Assembly (NCBI GenBank): GCA_039589315.1
Contig: JBDHHQ010000045.1
Coordinates: forward strand, 1 to 51,265
Length of the DNA: 51,265 nt
Reading direction: 5' to 3'
Source of the DNA: Gemmatimonadota bacterium
GTDB taxonomy: Bacteria > Gemmatimonadota > Gemmatimonadetes > Longimicrobiales > Gaopeijiaceae
Translations under genes and position numbers: made by a program
In this document: positions 28,197-37,665 of the stretch, in pieces
Layout: each line of letters begins with the position of its first letter
Numbering within the stretch: the first letter of the stretch is position 1
Notes under the pieces: generated by a model
The model's database searches: none
The model's input: only the letters and a program-made list of their open reading frames with translations
Told to the model about the DNA's origin: nothing

Positions 28197-30182
28197 TCAG
28201 TTGTCCGCGGAGGTCCAGCTTCCGCCGGTGCCCCACCGGAGCGGGACGTTCGAGCCCCGAGCCGACACGCGGACGTATCCCTGCATCTCCTGGTGGAGGG
28301 CCGAGCAGAAGTCCGTGCAATAGAAGGGGTACACGCCTGGTCGCGTCGGTTCCCAGATGATGGTCTTCGTGTCTCCGGGCATGACCAGCAGCTCGGAGGT
28401 GTTGGCGCCGATGGCGGCGAAGCCGTGGGGAACGTCCCAATCCTGCTCGAGGTTGGTCACGTGAAAGAAGACCCGGTCGCCCACCCGGATGCCCTCGATG
28501 TTGTCGGGCGTGAAGTGGGTGCGGATCGTCGTCATGCGTACGTGCACCTCGTTGCCGTTACGCTCGACGCCCGCCTCGGCCTCGCTTCTCACGCCGTAGG
28601 GATGGTTGTTCTCCTCCAGAGCGTAGAACTGTACCTGGTTCTGCGTGACCAGCTCGGCGGGGATGCCCTGGGCGTAGTGCGGCTCGCCCTGGGTCGGGAA
28701 GTCCAGCAGCATACGCATTCTGTCGCCGCTGATGTCGATGAGCTGCGCCGCGTGAGCCAGCTCCGGCCCGGTGGGCAGATAGCGGTCCTTGGTGATCTTG
28801 TTCAGCGCCACCAGGTACTTGCCCCACGGCTGACGGCTGTCGCCGCCCGGGATCATCAGATGGCCCACCGAATAGTAGACCGGGATCCGGTCCACGACCT
28901 GCCAGGTGCCCAGCTGCCACTTCACGATCTCGGAGCTGATGAAGGCCGTCGTGTACGCGTAGCCGTTGCCGTCGAACTCCGTGTGGAGCGGGCCGAGCCC
29001 GGGGTTCTCCACCTCACCGGCGATCACGCTCTCGTACGTCAGCACGGGGATCCCGTCGATGACCTGCTCGTAGTCCTCCGCCGCGATCGCGGCGATCATG
29101 TTCTCGAACGAGTGGACCGGGATCACCGTCGCGAGCTTGCCGCCCCCCACGATGTACTGACCCGACGGATCCACGTCCACGCCGTGGGGCGACTTGGGGG
29201 TCGGCAAGAAGTACACGAGGTCGGTGCAGTCGGCGGGCGTGATGACGGTCACGCTCTCGTTCACCTCGGAGACGGCGCTCCGGGTGTCGTGGTCCATGTA
29301 GTTGTGGTAGTACCTGGCCGGCATCTGGTCGGCGGTTCCACCGGCCACGCATTCCTCGGCCCGGCGGATGTTCACGGCCGCGATGAAGTCCTTGTCTCGT
29401 TGGGAGGCGTTCACTTCTAGCAGCGTGTGGGCCTCTTCGGTGTTGTACGACGTGAAGAACATCCAGCCTTCGGACGGGCCCTTCCCGGAATGGGCCAGGT
29501 CGTAGTTGTAGCCCGGTACGATGACCTGGAAGGCCACGTCCATCTCGCCCGGCGTGTCGGCACGGACGAAGCTCAGCATGCCCTTGAAGTTCCCCTGGTA
29601 CTCCTCGATCGGCATGTCACGCTGTGGTACCGGCACGCTGAAGCGCGTCGTGGCCACGATGTACTCTGAGTTCGGCGTGATGAATGGCGAGCCGTGGTTT
29701 CCGGCCGAGTTGGGAATCTCGACGATCTCCTCGGTCTCGAACGTGCTCAGGCTGATGCGCGCCACGCGGGGCGTGTTGTTGGCGTTGATGAAGATCCAAC
29801 GGCCATCGGGGATGCCATCCGTTTGGGACAGCTCCGGATGATGCGAGTCGTCCCACGGAACGAAGCCGTAGGACGTCATGAGCATGCCCTTGGTCTCCTC
29901 CGAGTAGCCCCAGGCATTCTCGGGGTGCTGTGAGAAGACGGGTACGGTCCTGAGCAGACGACCCGACGGGAGGCCCATGACCGTGATCTGGCCTGAAAAG
30001 CCTCCGGACATGAAGGCGTAGAACTCGTCGTACTCTCCGGGCGGCACGTAGACAGCCTGGGCCGCGTCGGCGATCCCACCGGCGCCGGCCTGGGGAGCCT
30101 GCTGGCACGCGAAGGCCAGTACGCTCGCCACGGCCAACGCGGCGCCGCCGATGACCCATCGACTCAGCTTGTTCGCGAACAT
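28197..30182 (-). CDS. nosZ: Sec-dependent (clade II) nitrous oxide reductase
   Basis: CuZ His motifs DSHHP, GNHG, SPHG, GPLHT, VGHL, EPHY; CuA PHGF...CTDFCSALHQEM; Sec/lipoprotein signal MFANK...LAFA-C with no twin-Arg. Confidence 0.98.
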   Translation of the reverse strand: MFANKLSRWVIGGAALAVASVLAFACQQAPQAGAGGIADAAQAVYVPPGEYDEFYAFMSGGFSGQITVMGLPSGRLLRTVPVFSQHPENAWGYSEETKGMLMTSYGFVPWDDSHHPELSQTDGIPDGRWIFINANNTPRVARISLSTFETEEIVEIPNSAGNHGSPFITPNSEYIVATTRFSVPVPQRDMPIEEYQGNFKGMLSFVRADTPGEMDVAFQVIVPGYNYDLAHSGKGPSEGWMFFTSYNTEEAHTLLEVNASQRDKDFIAAVNIRRAEECVAGGTADQMPARYYHNYMDHDTRSAVSEVNESVTVITPADCTDLVYFLPTPKSPHGVDVDPSGQYIVGGGKLATVIPVHSFENMIAAIAAEDYEQVIDGIPVLTYESVIAGEVENPGLGPLHTEFDGNGYAYTTAFISSEIVKWQLGTWQVVDRIPVYYSVGHLMIPGGDSRQPWGKYLVALNKITKDRYLPTGPELAHAAQLIDISGDRMRMLLDFPTQGEPHYAQGIPAELVTQNQVQFYALEENNHPYGVRSEAEAGVERNGNEVHVRMTTIRTHFTPDNIEGIRVGDRVFFHVTNLEQDWDVPHGFAAIGANTSELLVMPGDTKTIIWEPTRPGVYPFYCTDFCSALHQEMQGYVRVSARGSNVPLRWGTGGSWTSADN

Positions 30183-30241
30183 GGTCGCCTCTCCATGATT
30201 GGGTTCGCTCGGGGCTTGCTCCCCGAGCCGGGGTGCAAGGA

Positions 30242-30763
30242 TCAGGAGCCCGCCGGCGGCTCGGCGGCTTCGCGCCTCAGGTATTCGAGGACCGAGCGGG
30301 CTTCGGCTTCCGTCAGATTCTGGTTCGCCATGGGGACGGCGTACTGAGCAAGGAGCGCCCGGACCTCGGGATGCTCCGCCACCATGCCCTCCGGATTCAG
30401 AATCATGTTCATGACGAACTCGGGGGTCCGGCGCTGGGTTACGTCCCGAAGGGGCGGCCCCACATAGCGCTCGTCCATCTTGTGGCAGGCCGAGCACTTG
30501 ATGATGAAGGCCTCTTCACCGGTGGCGGCGAGCTCCGGATCGAGATCGGCCAACTCGAGGTTGGTGATCGGGCCCACGCCCTTCTCGAGCTGCTCCGGCG
30601 TGAGACCTTCCGAGGCCGCCGGCGCCGCGTTCATGCCGGAGCCGGCTTCGCTGGCGGCCCCATCTCCGTCACCGCCACCACAGGCGACGAGCGCCGGGAG
30701 GGCCAGGATGACCGTCAGCGTGTAAACCCCTGTGGACAAAGGCATTCTCCGTGCCGTCTTCAT
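30242..30763 (-). CDS. Monoheme cytochrome c lipoprotein of the nos cluster
   Basis: Lipobox LVA-C, CSACH, VGPPL, distal Met in PMANQNL. Start uncertain (30772, 30763 or 30745). Confidence 0.93.
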   Translation of the reverse strand: MKTARRMPLSTGVYTLTVILALPALVACGGGDGDGAASEAGSGMNAAPAASEGLTPEQLEKGVGPITNLELADLDPELAATGEEAFIIKCSACHKMDERYVGPPLRDVTQRRTPEFVMNMILNPEGMVAEHPEVRALLAQYAVPMANQNLTEAEARSVLEYLRREAAEPPAGS

Positions 30764-30978
30764 ATTGTTCACATCCAGATGAGGAATTGTTCGTGCCCTA
30801 ACAGGATAGGACGAAGGGGCGGTCCGGGGTGTCGGGCATTGAATGGCCGCGGATGTCGGGATAAGCGGATGGCCCGGTGGGGAATTACCCTACGCGTGGC
30901 AGGGTCCGGAATCGGTAGGGTGTGGCGGGGCGAGAGGGGTCGACCTCCGGGGGAGTAGCGCCTGCCTGACCGCCGGAC

Positions 30979-32592
30979 TCAGTCGACCAGGTCGGCCGCT
31001 CTCAGGACCGCCAGGGCGTCCGCCAGGACCCCCGGCGGCTGACCTGCGGCATCGACGGCAGTCCGGATCCGCTCGGTTGCCGCCGCCGGTTCCTCCCACC
31101 GCTCGGCGAGCCGCTGATAGATGGACCAGTCCGCGTCCGACGGCCCTGAGGTCCGGGTCAGCATCCGCGCCTTCACCAACTCTGGCTCCGCAACGAGCTC
31201 CAGAAGCAGCGTGCGGATGCCCCAGTGGGTACCGGCGTCGAGGAACGTCCTCCGGCGCGCCTCCTGCCAGAACGTGGCGTCCACGACCACACGCCCCCCC
31301 TGAAATAGGACCTCCTCGGCCTGGTCGAGGCAGGCGGTGTAGGTCCGCTCGGTCCACGCGGGGGTGTAGATGCCCTCGTCCAGCCCGGCGGCGGCGGGGG
31401 CGTCCGGAGGCAGGCCCGCCAGGCCCTTTCGCACTGCATCGGCCCGGATCACGTGGAATCCCGCCGCCTCCGCCAGGCCTCTGGCCACCGTGGACTTGCC
31501 CGTCCCCGGCAGACCGGCCACGAGCACCAGACAGGGCCGCCGTGCGGGCTGCTCCAGCTCCGCCAATGCCATGAGCCAGTGCCCCCGGGCCCGCTGCACG
31601 GCTGCGTCCCGCTCCTCTGCGGACACCTCCGGCTCCTCGGCCAGCATCCCGTCGACCTTGGCCCGGACCGCGGCGCGGTAGGATCGATAGAAGGGGAGGA
31701 GCCGCCGGCCCGGAGCGTCGTCCGCGAACGCGAAGTAGGAGTCGACCCAGACCTGCACGAGGTCGCGCCGTCCGTGATAGGCCAGATCCATGGCCAGGAA
31801 GGCCACGTCCGAGACCGGATCGGCGTAGCGGAAGCGCTCATTGAACTCGATGCAATCCACCACCACCAGGTCGTCGGGAGGCTCCCGGTCTGGAAAGACG
31901 TAGACATGATCCAGGTGTAAGTCGCCGTGGCTGTCTCGGGGAACGTGCTCCCGGGCACGGGACTCGATCAAGGTACGGAGCTCCTCCAGGCGTTCCTCGA
32001 GGAGCACCGCGAGCCTCTCGAACACGGCGGCGCTCAACGTGACCCCCGTATGTCTCTTGGACTGGAGCAGGTTCTCACGAGCGTTCCCCGCGACCACCTC
32101 CCAACTGCCATAGCGTGATACACCGGGACCCGCTTCCGCCCCGGCGTGGAAGGTCGCGATCATCCGCCCCAGCTTCTCGAGGACGTCCGCGAGTGGCTCC
32201 TCGTTGTGAAGACGACGCTCCAACGTCGCCTCGGCGGGAAGCCTGCGCATGCGGACCGCGTACTCCGAGGGGGCGCCGCTTCCAGCGACGCGGATGGACC
32301 CGTCCTCTACCGAGATGGGGACCACGCCCAGGTAGACGTCGCGCGCCAGTCGGCGGTTCAGGCGGACCTCCTCCTCACAGAAATGGCGGCGGCGCTCCAG
32401 CGTCGTGAAGTCGAGAAAGCCCAGATCCACAGGCTTCTTGACCTTGTACGCGTACGGGCCCGCCAGGAACACGACCGAGATGTGGGTCTGATGGACCACC
32501 ACGTCGCCCGGGACGGGATGGGGATAGGCCTCGCCTCGGGAAAGGCCTTCGATCAGCCGGGTCAGGTCCAGCCCTCCGTCGCTTCCGATCAC
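30979..32592 (-). CDS. Bifunctional APH-like kinase / AAA_33 P-loop protein (Rv2004c-like)
   Basis: QTHISVVFL, YKVKKPVDLGFLDF, HGDLHL, DCIEFNERFR, then GLPGTGKS and VVVDATF. GTG start near 32592. Confidence 0.92.
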   Translation of the reverse strand: MIGSDGGLDLTRLIEGLSRGEAYPHPVPGDVVVHQTHISVVFLAGPYAYKVKKPVDLGFLDFTTLERRRHFCEEEVRLNRRLARDVYLGVVPISVEDGSIRVAGSGAPSEYAVRMRRLPAEATLERRLHNEEPLADVLEKLGRMIATFHAGAEAGPGVSRYGSWEVVAGNARENLLQSKRHTGVTLSAAVFERLAVLLEERLEELRTLIESRAREHVPRDSHGDLHLDHVYVFPDREPPDDLVVVDCIEFNERFRYADPVSDVAFLAMDLAYHGRRDLVQVWVDSYFAFADDAPGRRLLPFYRSYRAAVRAKVDGMLAEEPEVSAEERDAAVQRARGHWLMALAELEQPARRPCLVLVAGLPGTGKSTVARGLAEAAGFHVIRADAVRKGLAGLPPDAPAAAGLDEGIYTPAWTERTYTACLDQAEEVLFQGGRVVVDATFWQEARRRTFLDAGTHWGIRTLLLELVAEPELVKARMLTRTSGPSDADWSIYQRLAERWEEPAAATERIRTAVDAAGQPPGVLADALAVLRAADLVD

Positions 32593-32606
32593 GGGGTGGC
32601 CGACCG

Positions 32607-33200
32607 TCAGGCGCCAGGCGGGTTCAGGCGGGCCCAGCCCTCCCGGCCGTACTGCACGGTGCTTCCGATCACGACCGCGGCGACAACGACGGCCCACGGC
32701 GTCACGAGGCCGGGTCCCAGGCCGGCCAGGACCCCCAGCAGAAGAAAGAAGAGCAGCGTGCTGGCGATCTTCCCGTGAGGTCGATGGATCACGCGGACAG
32801 GGCGTCCCTGGAGAGCCGTCACCAACCAGCTCCCCCCGAGGAGCAGGTCCCTCGCCACCACCACCAGGAGCAGCCACATGGGGATGCTCGTGAACGGAGG
32901 CCCAGTGCTGAGGGTCAAGTAAGCGAGCACGACGACCTGGGCCAGCTTGTCGGCGAAGGCGTCCAGAATGGCCCCGCTCTGGGACTGGAGGCCGAACCGT
33001 CGCGCCACCCATCCGTCCGCCAGGTCCGACAGACCGATGGCCAGGAATACGGCCAGAGCGCCCAACCCAGCCGCCCGGCCCCCGGCGCCCGTCGTCGCTG
33101 CGGCCCTTTCGGCCTCGGCGACCACGAGGAACACCAGGACCAGCGCGATCCGGATCCCGGTGATGAGATTGGGCAGCCAGGGTGGTACGGCCGAAGACAT
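32607..33200 (-). CDS. CDP-alcohol phosphatidyltransferase (PgsA-like)
   Basis: LPNLITGIRI and the signature DLADGWVARR...GAILDAFADK. Confidence 0.92.
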   Translation of the reverse strand: MSSAVPPWLPNLITGIRIALVLVFLVVAEAERAAATTGAGGRAAGLGALAVFLAIGLSDLADGWVARRFGLQSQSGAILDAFADKLAQVVVLAYLTLSTGPPFTSIPMWLLLVVVARDLLLGGSWLVTALQGRPVRVIHRPHGKIASTLLFFLLLGVLAGLGPGLVTPWAVVVAAVVIGSTVQYGREGWARLNPPGA

Positions 33201-33404
33201 GGGGCGCGCGGGGCTTTCGGTCACGGTCTGCGGGCGCGGGGGACTCGGGTCGTGCTGCTCCACTGAAGAGGCGCCAGCCGGCACCACGGCGCAAGCACCT
33301 CGGAGGGCTTGGGAGACGCTCCGCGTGGCGCCCGTCACAAGAGAGGGTGGGAGAGAGAGACTTGGATTCTCGGCCATCGGGCTCCCTATGGGCCGCTCGT
33401 CCCT

Positions 33405-34017
33405 CTACCAGCCCGGAGCGAATAGAAACCCCGAGTGCCAGCCCTTCACGGGACGCTGGAATGGGTATGCGAAGTAGATCTCCAGGACCAGCACGCCGAA
33501 CAAGCTGGATCGCGTCGAGAGCCCGGCGCTGAAGACCGGGATCCGTCCCAGCGAAGCCGTCGAGAACTCCAGAGTGGCAGGCCGGTCGCCGTCCCACGCC
33601 AGTCCTCCGTCCGCGAAGCCCACCAGCTCCACTGGCAGATAGGGAATGTCGATGAGGCCGTATCTGGACGTACCGGTCAGGGGCACCCGGACCTCGAGGT
33701 TCACGACCGTGAGTCGGTGCCCGAAGAGGCGGTCCAGCTCGATGCACCCGGATTCGGGCGTGACCGAGCACTCCCGGGTTTCGAAGCTGCTGTACTCGTA
33801 TCCCCGGATCAGCGTCTCGTAGCCGAGGTGGAAGGGGCGGAAGCCGTGCTCCTCGAGCTTCATCGTGTTGCCGTATCGACCGAAGTGGAATCCTCGGCGT
33901 CGCCAGTCCGCGAGGAGCGTGCCGTAGTCCACGGTCCCCGTGGCCCCCCTACCTCCAGCCTGTAGCGTCCCCCACGGACCGGCGACGTGAAGGCGGAGAA
34001 CGAATAGTGCCTACCAG
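33405..34017 (-). pseudogene. 3' fragment of a BamA/TamA-type outer-membrane protein, frameshifted
   Basis: Minus strand reads LVG/YSFSAFTSPVRGGRYRLEVG/ATGTVDYGTLLADWRR-RGFHFGRYG...IRGY...NLEVRVPL...GFADGG...YFAYPFQRP...APGW across two frame changes. No N-terminal part. Confidence 0.7.
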
Positions 34018-34188
34018 CCAGGTCGCAACCGCCAGTCCCAGGAACAGTCCGGCGAACTGGTGCTCCCGCAGCAGCAGCGCTCCCAAGGTCGGAACGCCGA
34101 GAATCAGCCCCAGAAGCTGAAAGAGGGACGACAGATGATACCTCACCGAGCGCCAGTCGAGATGCCCGGCAAACTCGGCGATCTTCAC
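34009..34188 (-). pseudogene. 5' fragment of a TrkH-like K+ uptake membrane protein
   Basis: VKIAEFAGHLDWRSVRYHLSSLFQLLGLILGVPTLGALLLREHQFAGLFLGLAVATWLVG resembles TrkH TM1-TM2; truncated after about 60 codons. Confidence 0.45.
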
Positions 34189-34275
34189 GGTGCCACAGCG
34201 CCAAACAACCTCACGCCGCCGTACAGGGTGGGACACGCCGCGACGGTGGGGAGCCGGCTCACACCGGTCCGCTCC

Positions 34276-34440
34276 TCAGCCCTTCTTCGCGGTCTTCAGC
34301 GCGACGGGGCTGAAGACGCGGGCCACGCGCGTGCTCCGGCACTTCGGACATCTGGGCCTGGCCTTCTCATGCTCGGATATCCGCTCGATCCGTGTGAAGT
34401 CATGCCCGCACTTCTCGCAGCGGTAGTCGTAGATGGGCAA
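34276..34440 (-). CDS. FmdB-family zinc-ribbon protein, 54 aa (not in ORF track)
   Basis: TTG start after GGAGG. MPIYDYRCEKCGHDFTRIERISEHEKARPRCPKCRSTRVARVFSPVALKTAKKG*, with two CxxC. Confidence 0.9.
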   Translation of the reverse strand: MPIYDYRCEKCGHDFTRIERISEHEKARPRCPKCRSTRVARVFSPVALKTAKKG

Positions 34441-34553
34441 GTCTGCCTCCCCCTTCGACCTTCAAACGATCCCGTACTTGGCCAACGCTTGGGTCGGGCG
34501 TCCCCACGCAGCGTGGCAACGTCGTTCTCTCGCCCGATCCGTGACTCTTCAAC

Positions 34554-34568
34554 GCACAGGGCGTGCCA
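34554..34568 (-). promoter_or_regulatory. Putative sigma-54 promoter for the FmdB gene
   Basis: TGGCACGCCCTGTGC (GG-N10-GC), correctly oriented, about 115 nt upstream of the start. Confidence 0.6.
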
Positions 34569-34596
34569 TGATGACGATCGAGTGACCCGCAAGGGC

Positions 34597-37452
34597 TCAG
34601 GCCCTGCGCAGGGTGAAGTAGAAGGTGCTACCGGCCCCGGGCTCGGACTCGGCCCAGATCGTTCCCCCGTGCGCCTCGACGATCTCTTTGGAGATGGCGA
34701 GGCCCAAACCGGCACCGGCCCTGCGGGACTGACGGGCTTGCGCATAGCGGTCGAACACCGTTGCCAAACGTTCCTTTTCGATGCCTATCCCCGTATCGGA
34801 TACCCAGAAAAGCTCGTCACCATCCCGAGGTTCGGCCCCGACAGTGATCCGTCCGCCAGGGTCGGTGAACTTCACGGCGTTGTCCAGAAGATTGGAGAGG
34901 ACCTGTAGGGTGCGGTCCCGGTCGGCCTGAACGGCGACCGCCTCAACCGGCGCGACGTCCAGGACAAGAGCCTTTGAATCGCAGCGGGGACGGAACTCCT
35001 GAATGACGGCATCCAGAAGCAGTTGCACTGACAGCCTACCCCGTCGTACCGCCAGCCGCCCCTCTTCCAGGAGCCGCACGTCGAGGAGATCGTTGATGAG
35101 CCGCTCCATGCGGGTCGCCGAGTCCCGGATTCCCTTCAAGTACGAGCGGGTCTTCTGACGCCGATCCTCATGGGCGGGGACGTCCAACAGGCGATCCGCG
35201 ACCATCGAAATCGAGCTCAGCGGACTTCCCAGATCGTGAGTTACGAAGGAAAGGACCTCGTCTCGCGCCCGGATCGCTTCCTGCGCACTTCGGTAGAGGT
35301 TCGCGTTGTCCAGCGCCATGGCGCACCGCTGTGCCAGCTCTTGGGCTGCCGAGAGATGTCTCTCCGAGTAGCGGTAGGGTGTCCCTGAAACGAGGGCCAT
35401 GGCGCCCAGCACCTTGCCGCGAGCCCTCAGCGGAAGCACCATCATCGACTGGCGCTCCGGCACCGGAAGGCCTTCAAATCCGTCGTCAGCCAGGGAGGCC
35501 GCTTGCGTGGCTCCCATGATCGTCAGTGGATGCAGATGGGCCGCCCCTCCCCGAATGACGTCGAGTACCAGATTCGACCCTTTTGCCACCACCGTCGAGC
35601 CCGTCGACTCCTGGAGGACCGCGTTCAGCTCCCGGTCCGCGTGTGCGCCCTGGACGCGGCGGACGGTCCCGTTCTCTTCGAGGGCGTACAGTATGCAACC
35701 GTCGCCCAGCGCGGGTACCGCAAGACGCGCGATGCTGGCGAGTACCTCTCCGTGGTGCAGGGACGAGGCAAGCACCCTCCCGGCCTCGGCCAGCATGGTC
35801 TGGGTCTCCAGGACCTCATGACGGTGGAGCTCGTTCCCGATCCAAAGCGCCGTCAGCCGGATCAGGTCCCGGTCGGACTGCGAGAAGGGGTCTTCACGTG
35901 GCTGCAGACTGGAGAAGCTCAGCGTGCCGTAGACCTCTCCTGCCACCGTGACTGGCGCGCCCAGATAGGCCTCCACGCGTCCGCCCGGATAGGCTGGATA
36001 GCCATCGTCGGCCGACCCCGGGGCGCGGGCGAACCCCAGGGGCTCCGAAGCTCGTAGCGTCCGCGCGCAGAACGTGCGACCGAGGGGAAAGACACTTCCC
36101 GGATGGACCGCCTCCGACTCGGGGTGGGTTTGTTTCACTTCCCAGCGATCGTCGACGACGCGGGCCAGCACACCCAGATCCAACCGGAATTGGTGACAAC
36201 CCAACTCCAACAGGGCTCGTATCTTCTCGTCCAGGGCCAGCGAGGGGTGTGATCCGATCTGATGCAACGCCCGGATTGCTGCCTCTTTCCGGCGGAGTGA
36301 CTTCTCTATCCGTTTGCGTCCCGTCACGTCGACGGCGGCCACATGGAAGCCCGATACGCTTCCGTGCTCGTCCACATCAGGCTCGAGCAGGACTTCCACA
36401 GTTCCGAGCTGGCCGTCGGGAGTCCGAAGGCCCGTCTCGAACCGAGCCCTCTCACCTTCGAGCGCTGCCTTCACATGCTCCTTGACGCTTCCGTAGGTCT
36501 CCTCCCCCAGGACCTCCCGAACGGACTTACCAACGATCTCCGTCGTGGGGATGCCGAACCATGTCTCGTACGCCGCGTTGACGAAGCGATACCGTTCGTC
36601 GACGTCGACGGAGGAAAACAGGATGGGCAGTGCATCTGCCATCCGGTGCCAGCGGGCTTCCAACTCCCGCAGCGCTTTCTCGGCCTCTCGCCTCGCTCCG
36701 ATGTCACGGAGGACAACCGTGAACACCAGCTCGCCGTCGACCGTCTGCTTCGAGATCGAGGCTTCGGCCGGAAACTCGTCACCGTTCTTCCGAAGGCCCA
36801 CGATCTCGCCGTGGTCGCCCATCCGTCGAGACTGCTCCGTGCCCTCGACAAAATGCCGGACGTGCTGACTGTGCCGTTCCCGAAACCGCTCGGGCATCAA
36901 AGCCGTCAGCGGCTGGTCGAGCATCTCCGCCGCCGTGTAGCCAAAGACCGCTTCGGCCCCCTGGTTGAACAGGATCACGCGCTGGTCCCGATCGACGGAG
37001 ACGATGGCGTCGGCGGAGAGCTCGATGATCCCCGCGAGCCGGCTCGTGGAGGTCCGCAGCGCATCCTCGGCACGCTTCTGTCGCGTCAGGTCTCGCGTGA
37101 CCTTGGCGTACCCGACAAGGCGGCCCTCCGCATCCTTCAGCGGCATGACCACGACGCTGGCCCAGAAGCGAGAGCCGTCCTTCCGCCGCCGCCAGCCCTC
37201 CTCTTCGTATCGGCCATCCTGGGATGCGACGACGAGCGCCCGCTCGGGCTTTCCGGCCTCGACGTCGGCCGGATCGTAGAACACCGAGATGTACTCGCCT
37301 AGGATCTCTTCGGGACCGAACCCCTTGAGCCGTGTCGCTTCGGGTGGCCAGCGGACGACTCGCCCCTCGGTGTCGAGGGCGAAGACGGCATAGTCATCCG
37401 CGACCTCTGAGAGGAGCCGGAGAAGATCCTCAGCTTGAGCGGCTGACTCCAT
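34597..37452 (-). CDS. PAS-PAS-PAS-GAF-GAF sensor histidine kinase (cytoplasmic)
   Basis: Three PAS/PAC repeats, two GAF domains, H-box THDLGSPL, N-box NLLDNAVKF, DTGIGI, GAGLGL; no TM segments. Confidence 0.95.
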   Translation of the reverse strand: MESAAQAEDLLRLLSEVADDYAVFALDTEGRVVRWPPEATRLKGFGPEEILGEYISVFYDPADVEAGKPERALVVASQDGRYEEEGWRRRKDGSRFWASVVVMPLKDAEGRLVGYAKVTRDLTRQKRAEDALRTSTSRLAGIIELSADAIVSVDRDQRVILFNQGAEAVFGYTAAEMLDQPLTALMPERFRERHSQHVRHFVEGTEQSRRMGDHGEIVGLRKNGDEFPAEASISKQTVDGELVFTVVLRDIGARREAEKALRELEARWHRMADALPILFSSVDVDERYRFVNAAYETWFGIPTTEIVGKSVREVLGEETYGSVKEHVKAALEGERARFETGLRTPDGQLGTVEVLLEPDVDEHGSVSGFHVAAVDVTGRKRIEKSLRRKEAAIRALHQIGSHPSLALDEKIRALLELGCHQFRLDLGVLARVVDDRWEVKQTHPESEAVHPGSVFPLGRTFCARTLRASEPLGFARAPGSADDGYPAYPGGRVEAYLGAPVTVAGEVYGTLSFSSLQPREDPFSQSDRDLIRLTALWIGNELHRHEVLETQTMLAEAGRVLASSLHHGEVLASIARLAVPALGDGCILYALEENGTVRRVQGAHADRELNAVLQESTGSTVVAKGSNLVLDVIRGGAAHLHPLTIMGATQAASLADDGFEGLPVPERQSMMVLPLRARGKVLGAMALVSGTPYRYSERHLSAAQELAQRCAMALDNANLYRSAQEAIRARDEVLSFVTHDLGSPLSSISMVADRLLDVPAHEDRRQKTRSYLKGIRDSATRMERLINDLLDVRLLEEGRLAVRRGRLSVQLLLDAVIQEFRPRCDSKALVLDVAPVEAVAVQADRDRTLQVLSNLLDNAVKFTDPGGRITVGAEPRDGDELFWVSDTGIGIEKERLATVFDRYAQARQSRRAGAGLGLAISKEIVEAHGGTIWAESEPGAGSTFYFTLRRA

Positions 37453-37665
37453 GAGGGCTCGATCCCCACGACATCCGGGGAGCTGCGGTGGGCAAAGCAT
37501 TGTAAACGTACCGACCCAGAGTGGCTCGAGCTACCCTCGCTGGATCGGGCCGGGAATGCCGGGTCCAGCGGTCGGCTACAGCCCCACGCCCCTCCCCGCC
37601 GAGTGGCTGGGGTACGTCTGACGACTGTGCATGCTCTGTCTCGCTTGCCGTGAACGTCGTACAGA

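Noticed and set aside
30183..30497. 105-aa N-terminal extension of the nosZ ORF
   Set aside because: It overlaps the cytochrome c gene in another frame. The signal peptide and GGAGAGG RBS point to ATG 30182.
32593..33771. 930-aa ORF suggesting a long N-terminal fusion on the APH/AAA protein
   Set aside because: The extension is Arg/Gly/Pro-rich off-frame read-through over the phosphatidyltransferase and BamA fragment.
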